DNA from: an uncultured delta proteobacterium
GTDB lineage: Bacteria; Desulfobacterota; RBG-13-43-22
Length of the DNA: 64,000 nucleotides
Direction: 5' to 3'
Assembly (NCBI GenBank): GCA_963802945.1
Contig: CAWDKY010000053.1
Span: 171,914-235,913, forward strand
In this document: positions 51,768-61,374 of the stretch, piece by piece
How positions within the stretch are numbered: position 1 is the stretch's first letter
Layout of the letters: each line of letters starts with the position of its first letter
Position numbers and translations under genes: made by a program
The notes under the pieces: generated by a model
Told to the model about the DNA's origin: nothing
The model's database searches: none
The model's input: the letters and a program-made list of their open reading frames with translations, nothing else

Positions 51768-52377
51768 TATCCCTAACGTCAAGATTATCCGCTTCGCCCG
51801 TTTCTGCGACCAGCGCGGCTATTTTACCGAATTGTTCCGTAAAAGCGATTTTTTCAATAACCCGGAAATGGAATTTATAAAGGGCCTTGAGTTCGTCCAG
51901 GTGAATGAAAGTTTTTCCCGGCCGCTGACTATACGGGGGCTCCATTATCAGTGGAATCCCTTGATGGGCAAACTGGTCCGCACCGTACGCGGCCGCATGG
52001 TTGACCTGATGCTCGACATCCGCAAAGGCTCACCCACGTTTGGAATGGCCTCCATGTACGACATGCCGGCCACCCCGGACAGGGATTACAATGAATGGAT
52101 TTGGATCCCACCGGGGTTCGCCCACGGCAATTTCTTCTCCGAAGACAGCCAGATAGAGTATTTTTGCACCGGCGAGTATAGCCCGGGGTGCGAGGGATGT
52201 ATATCACCGCTATCAAAGGATATCGACTGGTCCCGGGCTGATAGCGGTTTGAAAAAAGAATTTAATTCTATCGCCGCGAAAACAACCCTGATGACCGACA
52301 AAGACAGAAACGGATTTTCCCTCGAAGCGTGGGTAAAAGAGGATCGTTCGAATAATTTTATTTATGGAAAATGTTAA
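51739..52377 (+). CDS. rfbC: dTDP-4-dehydrorhamnose 3,5-epimerase-like (RmlC cupin)
   Basis: DQRGYFTE, RGLHYQ, DIRKGSPTFG, IPPGFAHG. Confidence 0.85.
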   Translation: MKIISIKNLNIPNVKIIRFARFCDQRGYFTELFRKSDFFNNPEMEFIKGLEFVQVNESFSRPLTIRGLHYQWNPLMGKLVRTVRGRMVDLMLDIRKGSPTFGMASMYDMPATPDRDYNEWIWIPPGFAHGNFFSEDSQIEYFCTGEYSPGCEGCISPLSKDIDWSRADSGLKKEFNSIAAKTTLMTDKDRNGFSLEAWVKEDRSNNFIYGKC

Positions 52378-53110
52378 GGGGAAGGAGATGATAGATCAAA
52401 AGAAAATTCTATTTACCGGTGGGAACGGTTTGCTGGGATCGGAATTCAGAAATATTTTACCGGACATGCATTATCCGTCGAAAACAGAATTTGATATTAC
52501 CAACTATGATCAGATGGATCGCTATCTGGGAAACGGTAACTGGTTGATGATCGTCCATGCCGCGGCTTTTACGTCTCCTCCTAAAATCGATCGGGACCCG
52601 CTTCTGGCTATCGATGTTAACATAATCGGCACTTCCAATGTGGTAAAACTGTGCATGAAATACGGGATGAAGCTGATATATATTTGCACAGACTATGTAT
52701 TCAAAGGGGACTGTGGAAATTACAAGGAGGACGATCCGGTCTTTCCGGTGAACAAGTACGCTTGGTCTAAATTGGGCGGCGAGTGCGCCGTGCGCCTGTA
52801 TGATAAATCGATCATCATACGGACAACATTTGGGCCTAATGAGTTTCCTTATGAAAAGGCCTTCGTGGACCAATGGACCAGCCGGGAGAGTGTAGCAACG
52901 GTGGCCCGGATGATTACAAAACTCCTCGATTCCGATTTTAAAGGGACAGTTCATGTTGGCGGCAAAAGAAAATCGGTGTTCGCCTATGCTAAAGGCCTTG
53001 ATCCGAAAAAAGAAATAAAAGAATTATCGGTTAATGAAATCAACTTTAAAGTCCCGGTAGATACGTCCATGAACTGTGAATTGTATAACCGTTTAGTTAG
53101 CAAGAAATAG
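52364..53110 (+). CDS. RmlD-like NDP-4-keto-sugar reductase (short)
   Basis: TGGNGLLG, HAAAFT, TDYVFKG, YAWSK. Confidence 0.82.
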   Translation: MENVKGKEMIDQKKILFTGGNGLLGSEFRNILPDMHYPSKTEFDITNYDQMDRYLGNGNWLMIVHAAAFTSPPKIDRDPLLAIDVNIIGTSNVVKLCMKYGMKLIYICTDYVFKGDCGNYKEDDPVFPVNKYAWSKLGGECAVRLYDKSIIIRTTFGPNEFPYEKAFVDQWTSRESVATVARMITKLLDSDFKGTVHVGGKRKSVFAYAKGLDPKKEIKELSVNEINFKVPVDTSMNCELYNRLVSKK

Positions 53111-53152
53111 CAGGATTTTTAAATATTTTAATTAAATCATGGAGTCAATCAT

Positions 53153-54109
53153 ATGAAAATTCTTTTAGCTGGAGGTGCTGGATATATTGGTTCTGTTCTC
53201 GCTCCCGCTTTAATCGATCATGGTTATAAAGTGGAGGTTATCGATTTGCTTTGGTTTGGCAGTTATCTTCCTAAAGAAGTAAAGGTTATTAAAAAAGACC
53301 TCTTTGAATGCGATCAAGAGGATTTCGCCGGTTATGACCAGGTGATTTTTCTTGCCGGTCTTTCCAACGATCCCATGGCGGAATTTAATCCGGCAAAGAA
53401 TTTTGTCGATAACGGCGCCCTGCCTTCCTACTTAGCTTATAAGGCAAAAAAAGTTGGAGTTAAACGTTTCATTTACGCCTCCTCCTGCTCGGTGTACGGT
53501 TATACCATTGATCGGCTCTATGACGAGGAATCGCCGACGGTCAGCAATTACCCCTATGGAATATCCAAACTCCAGGGAGAGCGTGGCGTTCTGCAGATGC
53601 AGGATGATAATTTTTCAGTTATCGCCATCAGACAGGGAACTATATGCGGTTTCAGTCCGCGCATGAGGTTTGATCTTATCGTTAATACAATGTTTAAGAC
53701 TGCTGTCATTGAAAAGAAAATTACGGTCAATAACCCCTCTATCTGGCGTCCTATTTATGACATCCGTGATGCGGCCAATGCCTTTGTGCGCGCGGTACAG
53801 GCTCATCATGCTATTAATGGCGTATTCAATGCTACTTCTGATAATTATACCGTTGGCCAGGTGGCCGATCTCGTAAAGTATGAAGTTGAGAAAAAGACCA
53901 GTGAAAAAATCAAATTGGACATTAAGAATATACAGGATTTTAGAAATTATAAGGTTAGCATCGATAAAGCAAAAACCTATCTTGGATTCCAGCCCTTATA
54001 CACCATAAAAGACATCATCGATAATTTGTTCGATCATATCAATTATTTTGGCGATTTTGAGAAAGACGAATTTTATAACATACGAACATTTAAAAAACTT
54101 CAATTCTAA
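53153..54109 (+). CDS. NAD-dependent nucleotide-sugar epimerase/dehydratase (extended SDR)
   Basis: GGAGYIG, LAGLSNDP, SSCSVYG, YGISK, RMRFDL. Confidence 0.88.
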   Translation: MKILLAGGAGYIGSVLAPALIDHGYKVEVIDLLWFGSYLPKEVKVIKKDLFECDQEDFAGYDQVIFLAGLSNDPMAEFNPAKNFVDNGALPSYLAYKAKKVGVKRFIYASSCSVYGYTIDRLYDEESPTVSNYPYGISKLQGERGVLQMQDDNFSVIAIRQGTICGFSPRMRFDLIVNTMFKTAVIEKKITVNNPSIWRPIYDIRDAANAFVRAVQAHHAINGVFNATSDNYTVGQVADLVKYEVEKKTSEKIKLDIKNIQDFRNYKVSIDKAKTYLGFQPLYTIKDIIDNLFDHINYFGDFEKDEFYNIRTFKKLQF

Positions 54110-54161
54110 AATCGAGAATTTTCATTAAATATTTTGGATCTTTAGTCATTATGATTTTTCT

Positions 54162-55346
54162 ATGATAAATACCGCTAATAGAGTTTTCGGTCTTGATGTA
54201 TTACGCGCTTATTCCATATTTTGCGTTGTCTATGGGCATAGTTATTTCCTGTTGGGAGGAGCAGTTAACTCTAAAATATAACACCTACCTGTATTCGATG
54301 GAGTTACTTTTTTCTTTGTTTTAAGCGGATTTCTGATTGGCCGTATTTTAGTAAGGACGCTAACTAAAGATGATTTTAATGGCAAGATGCTTATTGAATT
54401 TTGGATTCGTCGATGGTTTCGAACACTGCCAAATTATTTTCTTATATTAACTTTTGTCGTAATTTGTTTTTATTTGCTGGATAAGGCTCAAGCTTCAAAT
54501 TTACTGCCCTATTTTTTCTTTTCACAAAACATCGCTTCACCTCATCCGACTTTTTTCCCAGAAGCATGGAGCCTCACGATAGAAGAATGGTTTTATCTGA
54601 TCACACCAATTCCTCTGTATTTTTTATCTACGCTGCTGAAAAATATCAATAAGAAACGGTTGATACCCTACTATGTTCTTTTGGTGATAATTATGGTTAC
54701 GGTTTTTAGAATCTATCGTGTGCACCTTTTTAATTATTCGACAATATCCGATTGGGATTTATCTTTGCGCAAGCAAGTGGCGACAAGATTTGATAGTTTG
54801 ATGTTTGGGGTTTTGGGAGCTTATCTAAGCTTATATCAAAAGCGTTTTTGGAATAACAGTGCGAATAAATTATTTATTGTTGGTATTTTGTTTGTTATTT
54901 TTAATAAAGCTATGGCAAGCGGATACATCATCAATGATCGCTTATTTTATTTAAATTACTTTTGGTTAACTGTCGGCCCTGTTGGCACTTTATTGCTACT
55001 GCCCAAGCTATCACTATGGAAAGAATCTAGTGGTCGTTTGGCAAATGTTATTACCTTTGTTAGTGTAACGTCCTATTCGATGTACTTAATAAACCTCACC
55101 CTGGTTCAGGAAATAATCCTCCCCATGGTAATGAAATTATTATCACCTTTCTGTTGGCGTTGTGGTCATAACAGTCTAATAACCTATTTTCTGTTTTGGA
55201 TTATTTTGGTAAGTGGGGCTTTCCTTTTATATCAGTACTTCGAACGACCAATGACAGCTCTGCGTGACAAATGGCATAGGCCTAATATGACCGTCGTAAA
55301 GGCTTTTATCTTGTCAGGAGGCAACTATAATAGGAAAAATACCTGA
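54162..55346 (+). pseudogene. Acyltransferase-3 (OafA-like) interrupted by an in-frame TAA at 54279-54281
   Basis: From ATG 54162: MINTANRVFGLDVLRAYSIFCVVYGH...SKI*HLPVFDGVTFFFVLSGFLI, in frame with ORF 54387..55346 (AWSLTIEEWFY, SYSMYL). Confidence 0.75.
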
Positions 55347-55471
55347 CGATAAACAGTCTATTAATTGATAGAGAGTTTTAAAACATATTTTTGAAGGTGG
55401 ATGTGCTAAGGGGTTTTGAATCAGGTGATTAAGTTCGACATGCCTTTGATTTCAATAAAAAATAGTAAGTT

Positions 55472-56611
55472 ATGAGTAAAAACGTCATTAATCCCGTAAA
55501 TTTCAGTTCCAAAAATCATTCCACTGAAATTGACTCATTAAGGGCCATAGCAATACTCCTTGTATTTTCTTATCATGTAATCGGTGTTATGATAAAACCG
55601 TATCCTGAGTTTCCTCATACTGTGTCAGGATACATTTTAAGCTTCATTTTTACGGGCGCAACCGGTGTAATCCTGTTTTTTATCATCAGCAGCTTTCTTC
55701 TTACCATCCCTTTTTATCTGAACCCGAATACCAGTAGGATGCGTTTTTTTCAAAAAAGGCTTTTACGCATACTCCCGCTGTATTTCATCGTTGTGGCCAT
55801 CGCAGGGTTAGTGACCCAGTCGGGAAGAAACGATCCCATGGAAGTAGTCCGTTCATTTTTGTTTCTCTTTAAAACTGTGAAGCTATCTCCCTTTAGCTTC
55901 CCATGGTGGACCCTGCGCACCGAGATAGAATTTTACCTTCTCCTCGGGCTTCTGATGCCGTTGATTCATTTCAGTAAAGGAAGCCTCCTTCTTCTTGTAT
56001 CCATGGCTGCCATCTTTACCGGAAGATACTTTATCCTCATCCATCTGGGGTTTTCAAAATCACTCATGGCTCTTGTACTGTCTCAGTCAGCCGTTGTCTT
56101 TGCCCCGACCTTTTTAATCGGAATTGCGGCTTCAATAATATATATAAGGTTCGGAGCATCTATGAAGGAATATTTTTATAACAGCAGAATTTTTAACAGT
56201 ATAGTATCCGATTTTATTTTCATTCTTATCCTGGCAGCTCTTTCCTTTGTCCTCCGAAAAGTTGCCGAAATGGGCCCGTTTGCTGCTGGGTTTTCATGGC
56301 CGCAGCATAACACATATGAGGCATTCTTCTGGAGCCTTGTGCTTCTTTCTTTGATCGTTCTTCCTCTGAGGATAAAACCACTGATTTCAAATAAGATTCT
56401 CGCCTATATCGGAAGAATTTCTTATTCATTCTATCTCATCCATGTTCCTATTATGTATTATATTAATAAATATTTCCTTCTAATACAAAATGGATTTACT
56501 CTGATCTTCTTGAGCAAACTGCTGCTTATTCTGGCTATAACACTGGTCTTGTCATCCCTCACCTACCGATTTATAGAAAAACCATTTTTGAGAATTAAAG
56601 ACAGGCTATAA
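55472..56611 (+). CDS. Acyltransferase-3 family O-acyltransferase
   Basis: IDSLRAIAILLV..H, GVILFFIIS, RLLRILP, WWTLRTEIEFY, ISYSFYLIH. Confidence 0.88.
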   Translation: MSKNVINPVNFSSKNHSTEIDSLRAIAILLVFSYHVIGVMIKPYPEFPHTVSGYILSFIFTGATGVILFFIISSFLLTIPFYLNPNTSRMRFFQKRLLRILPLYFIVVAIAGLVTQSGRNDPMEVVRSFLFLFKTVKLSPFSFPWWTLRTEIEFYLLLGLLMPLIHFSKGSLLLLVSMAAIFTGRYFILIHLGFSKSLMALVLSQSAVVFAPTFLIGIAASIIYIRFGASMKEYFYNSRIFNSIVSDFIFILILAALSFVLRKVAEMGPFAAGFSWPQHNTYEAFFWSLVLLSLIVLPLRIKPLISNKILAYIGRISYSFYLIHVPIMYYINKYFLLIQNGFTLIFLSKLLLILAITLVLSSLTYRFIEKPFLRIKDRL

Positions 56612-58197
56612 AAGAAAACATTATTGTCTTTTTTTGTCAGATCACAGGCAGAAACCATTAGTGACGAAATCCGCCACCTTTTTTTCTCAATGTTTTTATC
56701 GGCTACACGACAGTCTTTTTCGACAAAATACACCTTTCTGCCTTCGACCGTATTATTCGGGTATTGGATGGAGAATACAGCAGCTTTGCCGGGAAAATCA
56801 GTATCTGAAGGGAGAAAAACAGAAAAATGTTCTTTCATAGTATTGTCGATAAAAATGGAGGAACCTTCCGGATAGGCTCTAATTGTTTTTTCAATATCAG
56901 CAATAGTGCTATAATATAGCTTTTTTTCTTTTTCTGATGTATTCACCAGATCGATTTTTTTTCCAAGATGAATACTGGGATAAATAGAAACAATGATTAC
57001 AATGAAAACAAATGGAACTAATATTTTTTTAATTTTCGGGAAAATATCCAACAGTTCATCGGCCATCAAAGTCAGCATGATAACAACAATCATTAGAATA
57101 ACATAAAAATATCGCGGTGTGATCGATGCCATACTCATAGGAACATTAAATAAATGAAAAACCAGAGCCCGTCCGTAGGCGGTCAGTCCTATTAATCCGA
57201 AATATAATATACATAAAACAACATAAAGCCTGCGTCTGTATTCTTTAGAACGAAAATAAAACAGAGCTATAAATACTGCGACAACCAAAAGCGATATGAA
57301 AATTGCTGTAATCGGGTATTCCGTTGTCGAAGAAACAAAAAGCATGGGGAAAGCAGCCAGGCAATAAATTCCGTACGCACACATCCCTATAAACATCTTC
57401 AGAATAATTTTATAATGACTTAAAGCAGCACTCAGTGCCATAGGCTCTGCATTATGAACTTCTCCGCTGAAATAATGATAAATAGTCTCTTTAAAAATAA
57501 ATAATAACAGAATGAGCACAATAACAGGAAGCATCGCTGCGGCCATTTTCCATTTCTTATCATTTTTCCAGAGAATAATTACTATGACCATAGGAGCCAG
57601 ACAGGCAATTGCCATCCCGGTACTGAAAGAAGTTGACATCAGGAAAAAGTAAATGGACCACCGCATCACTATGCTCATAGAAATTAAAATCTTTTTCTTT
57701 TCAATCCGGAGAAGATCATACAAAAACAAGAGAAAGAAAATACCGACAAGCACATGACCATATACACAGAACCATCCCAGTGCTCCATAATTAATTGGGC
57801 AGATCCCCCAAATCATCATGCCTGCGGCAGCCAATAACGGTTTGTCTGTTAAAAGATGAATGATTTTATACAGAAGGTATGCGCTGCATAGATGGGTAAG
57901 CAAAACTGTTGTAAAATAGGCAACCGAATTCAGACCAAAAAACTTAAACAGACAATAGAATATCAGATTTCGGAAGAGATAAAGATGGCCGCCAATATTA
58001 GAAAAAACAAATTCAAGAGGATTCCAGTTGGAAATCTGATAGAAAATGAGAAAATCATCCCTATAAAAAAAAGCAAAGAGTAGTTGAAAATTTACAATGA
58101 GCACAGCCGTAAGTGAAAAAATGAGCATCAATTTTTCGGTAGTAACACACGCCAAAAGATTATTTCTTAATTTTACTATTTTCAATAGGATTGACAT
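56563..58197 (-). CDS. GT-C-like polytopic membrane protein, tandem paralogue 1
   Basis: FFYRDDF acidic pair after TM1, many TMs, PRYFY; start at MSILLKIVK by alignment to its paralogues. Confidence 0.72.
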   Translation of the reverse strand: MSILLKIVKLRNNLLACVTTEKLMLIFSLTAVLIVNFQLLFAFFYRDDFLIFYQISNWNPLEFVFSNIGGHLYLFRNLIFYCLFKFFGLNSVAYFTTVLLTHLCSAYLLYKIIHLLTDKPLLAAAGMMIWGICPINYGALGWFCVYGHVLVGIFFLLFLYDLLRIEKKKILISMSIVMRWSIYFFLMSTSFSTGMAIACLAPMVIVIILWKNDKKWKMAAAMLPVIVLILLLFIFKETIYHYFSGEVHNAEPMALSAALSHYKIILKMFIGMCAYGIYCLAAFPMLFVSSTTEYPITAIFISLLVVAVFIALFYFRSKEYRRRLYVVLCILYFGLIGLTAYGRALVFHLFNVPMSMASITPRYFYVILMIVVIMLTLMADELLDIFPKIKKILVPFVFIVIIVSIYPSIHLGKKIDLVNTSEKEKKLYYSTIADIEKTIRAYPEGSSIFIDNTMKEHFSVFLPSDTDFPGKAAVFSIQYPNNTVEGRKVYFVEKDCRVADKNIEKKRWRISSLMVSACDLTKKDNNVFFYSLSLILKNGFSINR

Positions 58198-58263
58198 ATG
58201 GTATCGCATAAATTTCCAGTTGTTATTAGGCAACACAACATAACAAAATATGACTGCCACTAA

Positions 58264-59841
58264 TTAGTTGCTTTTCTTATTTAGATCACAAGCAGAAACC
58301 ATCAGTGACGAAATCCGCCACTTTTTTTTCTCAATGTTCTTATCGGCTACACGGCAGTCTTTTTCGACAAAATATACTCTTCTGCCTTCAACCGTATTAT
58401 TTGGGTATCGGATGGAGAATACAGCAGCTTTACCTGGAAAATCAGTATCTGAAGGGAACCAAATAGAAAAATGATCATTCATCGTATTATCTATAAAGAC
58501 GGAGGAACCTTCCGGATAGGCTCTGATTGTTTTTTCAATATCAGCAATAGTGTTAAAATATAGTATTCTTTCCTTTTCTGAGGTATTCACAATGTCAATG
58601 GTTTTGGCAAGTTTCATACTGGGATAAATGGAAATGGCGATTACAATAAAAATAAATGGAACTATTATTTTTTTAATTTTCGGGAAAATATCCAACAGTT
58701 CATCGGCCATCAACATCAGCATGATAACAACCATTATTAGAATAACATAAAAATATCGCGGCGTGATCGAGTCCATACTTAGACTGTTAGGACCATTAAA
58801 AATATATAAAATCAGAGCCCTTCCGTAGGCGTTCAATCCTATTAATCCGAAAAATAATATACTTAAAAAAGTATAATGCCTTCTGTATTCTTTAGAACGT
58901 AAAAACAAAACAATACAAAGTATGATAACCGGAACCGAGATAAAAAATGCTATAGTCGGGTATTTCGTTGTCGAAAAAACAAAAAGCATGGGGAAAGCAG
59001 CCAGGCAATAAATGCTGTAGGCGCACATCCTTATAAACCATTCCAGAATTATTTTGTAATGACTCAAAGCAATACTCAAGGCAATAGGCTTTGAATTATA
59101 AACTACTCCGCTGAAATAATAATAAATGGACTCTTTAAAAATAAACAATAACACAACGAGCACGATAACGGGAATCACCGATGCGGCCATTTCCCATTTC
59201 TGATCATTTTTCCAGAGTAAAATTATTATGGCCATAGGAGACAGGCACGCAATTCCCAGCCCGAAACTGTAAGAAGTTGCCATCAGTAAAAAGTAAATGG
59301 ACCACCGGATCACTATGTTCTTGGAAAATAAAATCTTCCCCTTTTCAATCTTGAGAAGATCATATAAAAACATCAGAAAGATAAAACCTACAAGAATATG
59401 ACCATAGACAGTGTACCAGGACAGTGGATCATAGTTAAGAGGGCAGATCCCCCAAATCATCATGCCGATAGCAGCTAATGACGGTTTGCCAGTTAAAAGA
59501 TGGATGATTTTATACAGAAGGTATGCGCTGCCTAAATGGGTAAGCAAAACTGTCGTAAAATAGGCAACCGAATTCACACCAAACAGTTTAAACATACAAT
59601 AGAATATCAAATTTCGGAAGATAAAAAGATGGCCGCCCTCATTAGAAAAAATAAAGGCAAGAGGATGCCAGTTGGAAATCTGGTAGAAAAAAAGAAAATC
59701 ATCCCTCCAGAAAAATGCAGAAAGGAGCTGACAATTTACAACCAGCACAGCCGTAAGTGAAAAAACAAGCAACAATCTTCCGTCATTAATCCGTGCCAAA
59801 ATATTATTTTTTGATTTTACCATCTTCAATAGAAAGGCCAT
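58264..59841 (-). CDS. GT-C-like polytopic membrane protein, tandem paralogue 2
   Basis: FFWRDDF; extensive identity to paralogues 1 and 3. Confidence 0.75.
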   Translation of the reverse strand: MAFLLKMVKSKNNILARINDGRLLLVFSLTAVLVVNCQLLSAFFWRDDFLFFYQISNWHPLAFIFSNEGGHLFIFRNLIFYCMFKLFGVNSVAYFTTVLLTHLGSAYLLYKIIHLLTGKPSLAAIGMMIWGICPLNYDPLSWYTVYGHILVGFIFLMFLYDLLKIEKGKILFSKNIVIRWSIYFLLMATSYSFGLGIACLSPMAIIILLWKNDQKWEMAASVIPVIVLVVLLFIFKESIYYYFSGVVYNSKPIALSIALSHYKIILEWFIRMCAYSIYCLAAFPMLFVFSTTKYPTIAFFISVPVIILCIVLFLRSKEYRRHYTFLSILFFGLIGLNAYGRALILYIFNGPNSLSMDSITPRYFYVILIMVVIMLMLMADELLDIFPKIKKIIVPFIFIVIAISIYPSMKLAKTIDIVNTSEKERILYFNTIADIEKTIRAYPEGSSVFIDNTMNDHFSIWFPSDTDFPGKAAVFSIRYPNNTVEGRRVYFVEKDCRVADKNIEKKKWRISSLMVSACDLNKKSN

Positions 59842-59908
59842 TTATCAACCCCCTTGATTTCTAGTTTTTATTGAGCAACACAACATAACAAAACATGATT
59901 ACCAGTAA

Positions 59909-60081
59909 TTAGTTGCTTTATTTAATTAGATCACAGGCAGAAACCATCAGTGCTGAAATTCGCCACTTTTTTTCTCAATATTCTTATCGGCTACCCGACA
60001 GTCTTTTTCAACAAAATACACTCTCCTACCTTCAACCGTATTATTCGGGTATTGTATGGAGAATATTGCAGCTTTACCTGG
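59909..60081 (-). pseudogene. 3' remnant of a fourth GT-C-like paralogue
   Basis: Reverse strand reads PGKAAIFSIQYPNNTVEGRRVYFVEKDCRVADKNIEKK-(1-nt deletion)-WRISALMVSACDL, matching the paralogue C-termini. Confidence 0.85.
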
Positions 60082-61351
60082 TGACCGTCTCTTTCTGCTT
60101 ACTGTTTTTCATTTTAAAAAGCAAAAATATTTTTTCAAAAAATGTATAGGTGAATATTGAAATGACAAATGTTAGAACAGCACATTCCGTAGATGTCATT
60201 AACATCTCCTTGGTAACTCCGTTTGTAATCACAGGATTTTTAAGCAGCATCTTAATCATTGTAGCATTCAGTACCGGCACATGACAAAGATAGATTGAAT
60301 AGGAAATAACTCCCAGTACATTAAAAAACGGATTTACGATAATGACCCTAAGATTTGATTTGAAATTCATCAGTACAAACATAAGAACAAAGAACAGTAC
60401 GCCCTCAATAAGATAATGGTTGAAGAAATATATATCTGCATCTGACGGCATTGCGCCGTATCTGCGTGATAATTCAGCTCCGAATATCACAATGGCACTG
60501 CCTGAGGCCAGCAAAAGAAAATCCCCAAGAATACCCTTCTTGTTTTTTATATAAGAAAAACGCTTAACCATATCTCCGTATTCTTTCTGTAGGCATGCTA
60601 ATAAAACCCCCATTAAAAAATTAGGCCATCTCAAAGCAAGATTACCTTTCAGGTTAAAAAAGGTACTCGTGGCTTTTGGGGGATGTGTGGCAATACAGAA
60701 TGCTTTCAATGCCTTCCAGTATAATACCACGGCAATCACGGCAAGTAACGAAAGGATTAACCCTTTTATCACTGAAGGCATTTTTTTGCTAAAGACAAGA
60801 TACATAACAAATGGAAGAACAATATAGAACTGAATTTCCACCCCAAGGCTCCACCACACGGCGCCGAATGGCCAAAGCTGATTTACCCTCAAATCCCAGA
60901 AACAGATTGCCCTCAATCCCTGTTGAATATTGGAATTGGCAATAACTCCCGCAATAATGAATACTGTGTACAAGGGCATAATCCGGAAAAACCTGTTCCA
61001 GAAAAATACTTTTATTGCCGAAGACTTCTGGTTAATAAATGGCCGACTCAGCAAAAATCCGCTCAGCACAAAAAAAAGTGTTACGCCCATGTTGCCGGAA
61101 AGAAAAAAACTGAGCCAGTAAGGGTAATGGTTATTGGCTTTATACCCATAAATACTGCCTAAAAGATGGAATAGAAATACCAGTGTTATCGCCCATCCTC
61201 TCAAGGCTTCGCATTCACTTATGATCCCGTCGCCGGAGGAAGGAGCAACCGGATAAAGTATATCTTTTACACTGAGATTGAAAATATATGTTTTTACAAT
61301 CCCGAATATATTCTTAACTTGAAATATTATTTCCAAACAGGAAAACCCCAA
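60074..61351 (-). CDS. Acyltransferase-3 family O-acyltransferase embedded in the paralogue array
   Basis: EALRGWAITLVFLFH, GVTLFFVLSGFLL, RFFRIMPLY, WWSLGVEIQFY, ISYSIYLCH; start uncertain. Confidence 0.87.
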   Translation of the reverse strand: MGFSCLEIIFQVKNIFGIVKTYIFNLSVKDILYPVAPSSGDGIISECEALRGWAITLVFLFHLLGSIYGYKANNHYPYWLSFFLSGNMGVTLFFVLSGFLLSRPFINQKSSAIKVFFWNRFFRIMPLYTVFIIAGVIANSNIQQGLRAICFWDLRVNQLWPFGAVWWSLGVEIQFYIVLPFVMYLVFSKKMPSVIKGLILSLLAVIAVVLYWKALKAFCIATHPPKATSTFFNLKGNLALRWPNFLMGVLLACLQKEYGDMVKRFSYIKNKKGILGDFLLLASGSAIVIFGAELSRRYGAMPSDADIYFFNHYLIEGVLFFVLMFVLMNFKSNLRVIIVNPFFNVLGVISYSIYLCHVPVLNATMIKMLLKNPVITNGVTKEMLMTSTECAVLTFVISIFTYTFFEKIFLLFKMKNSKQKETVTR

Positions 61352-61374
61352 TTTTGCTAATCCGTCACCAGTAA

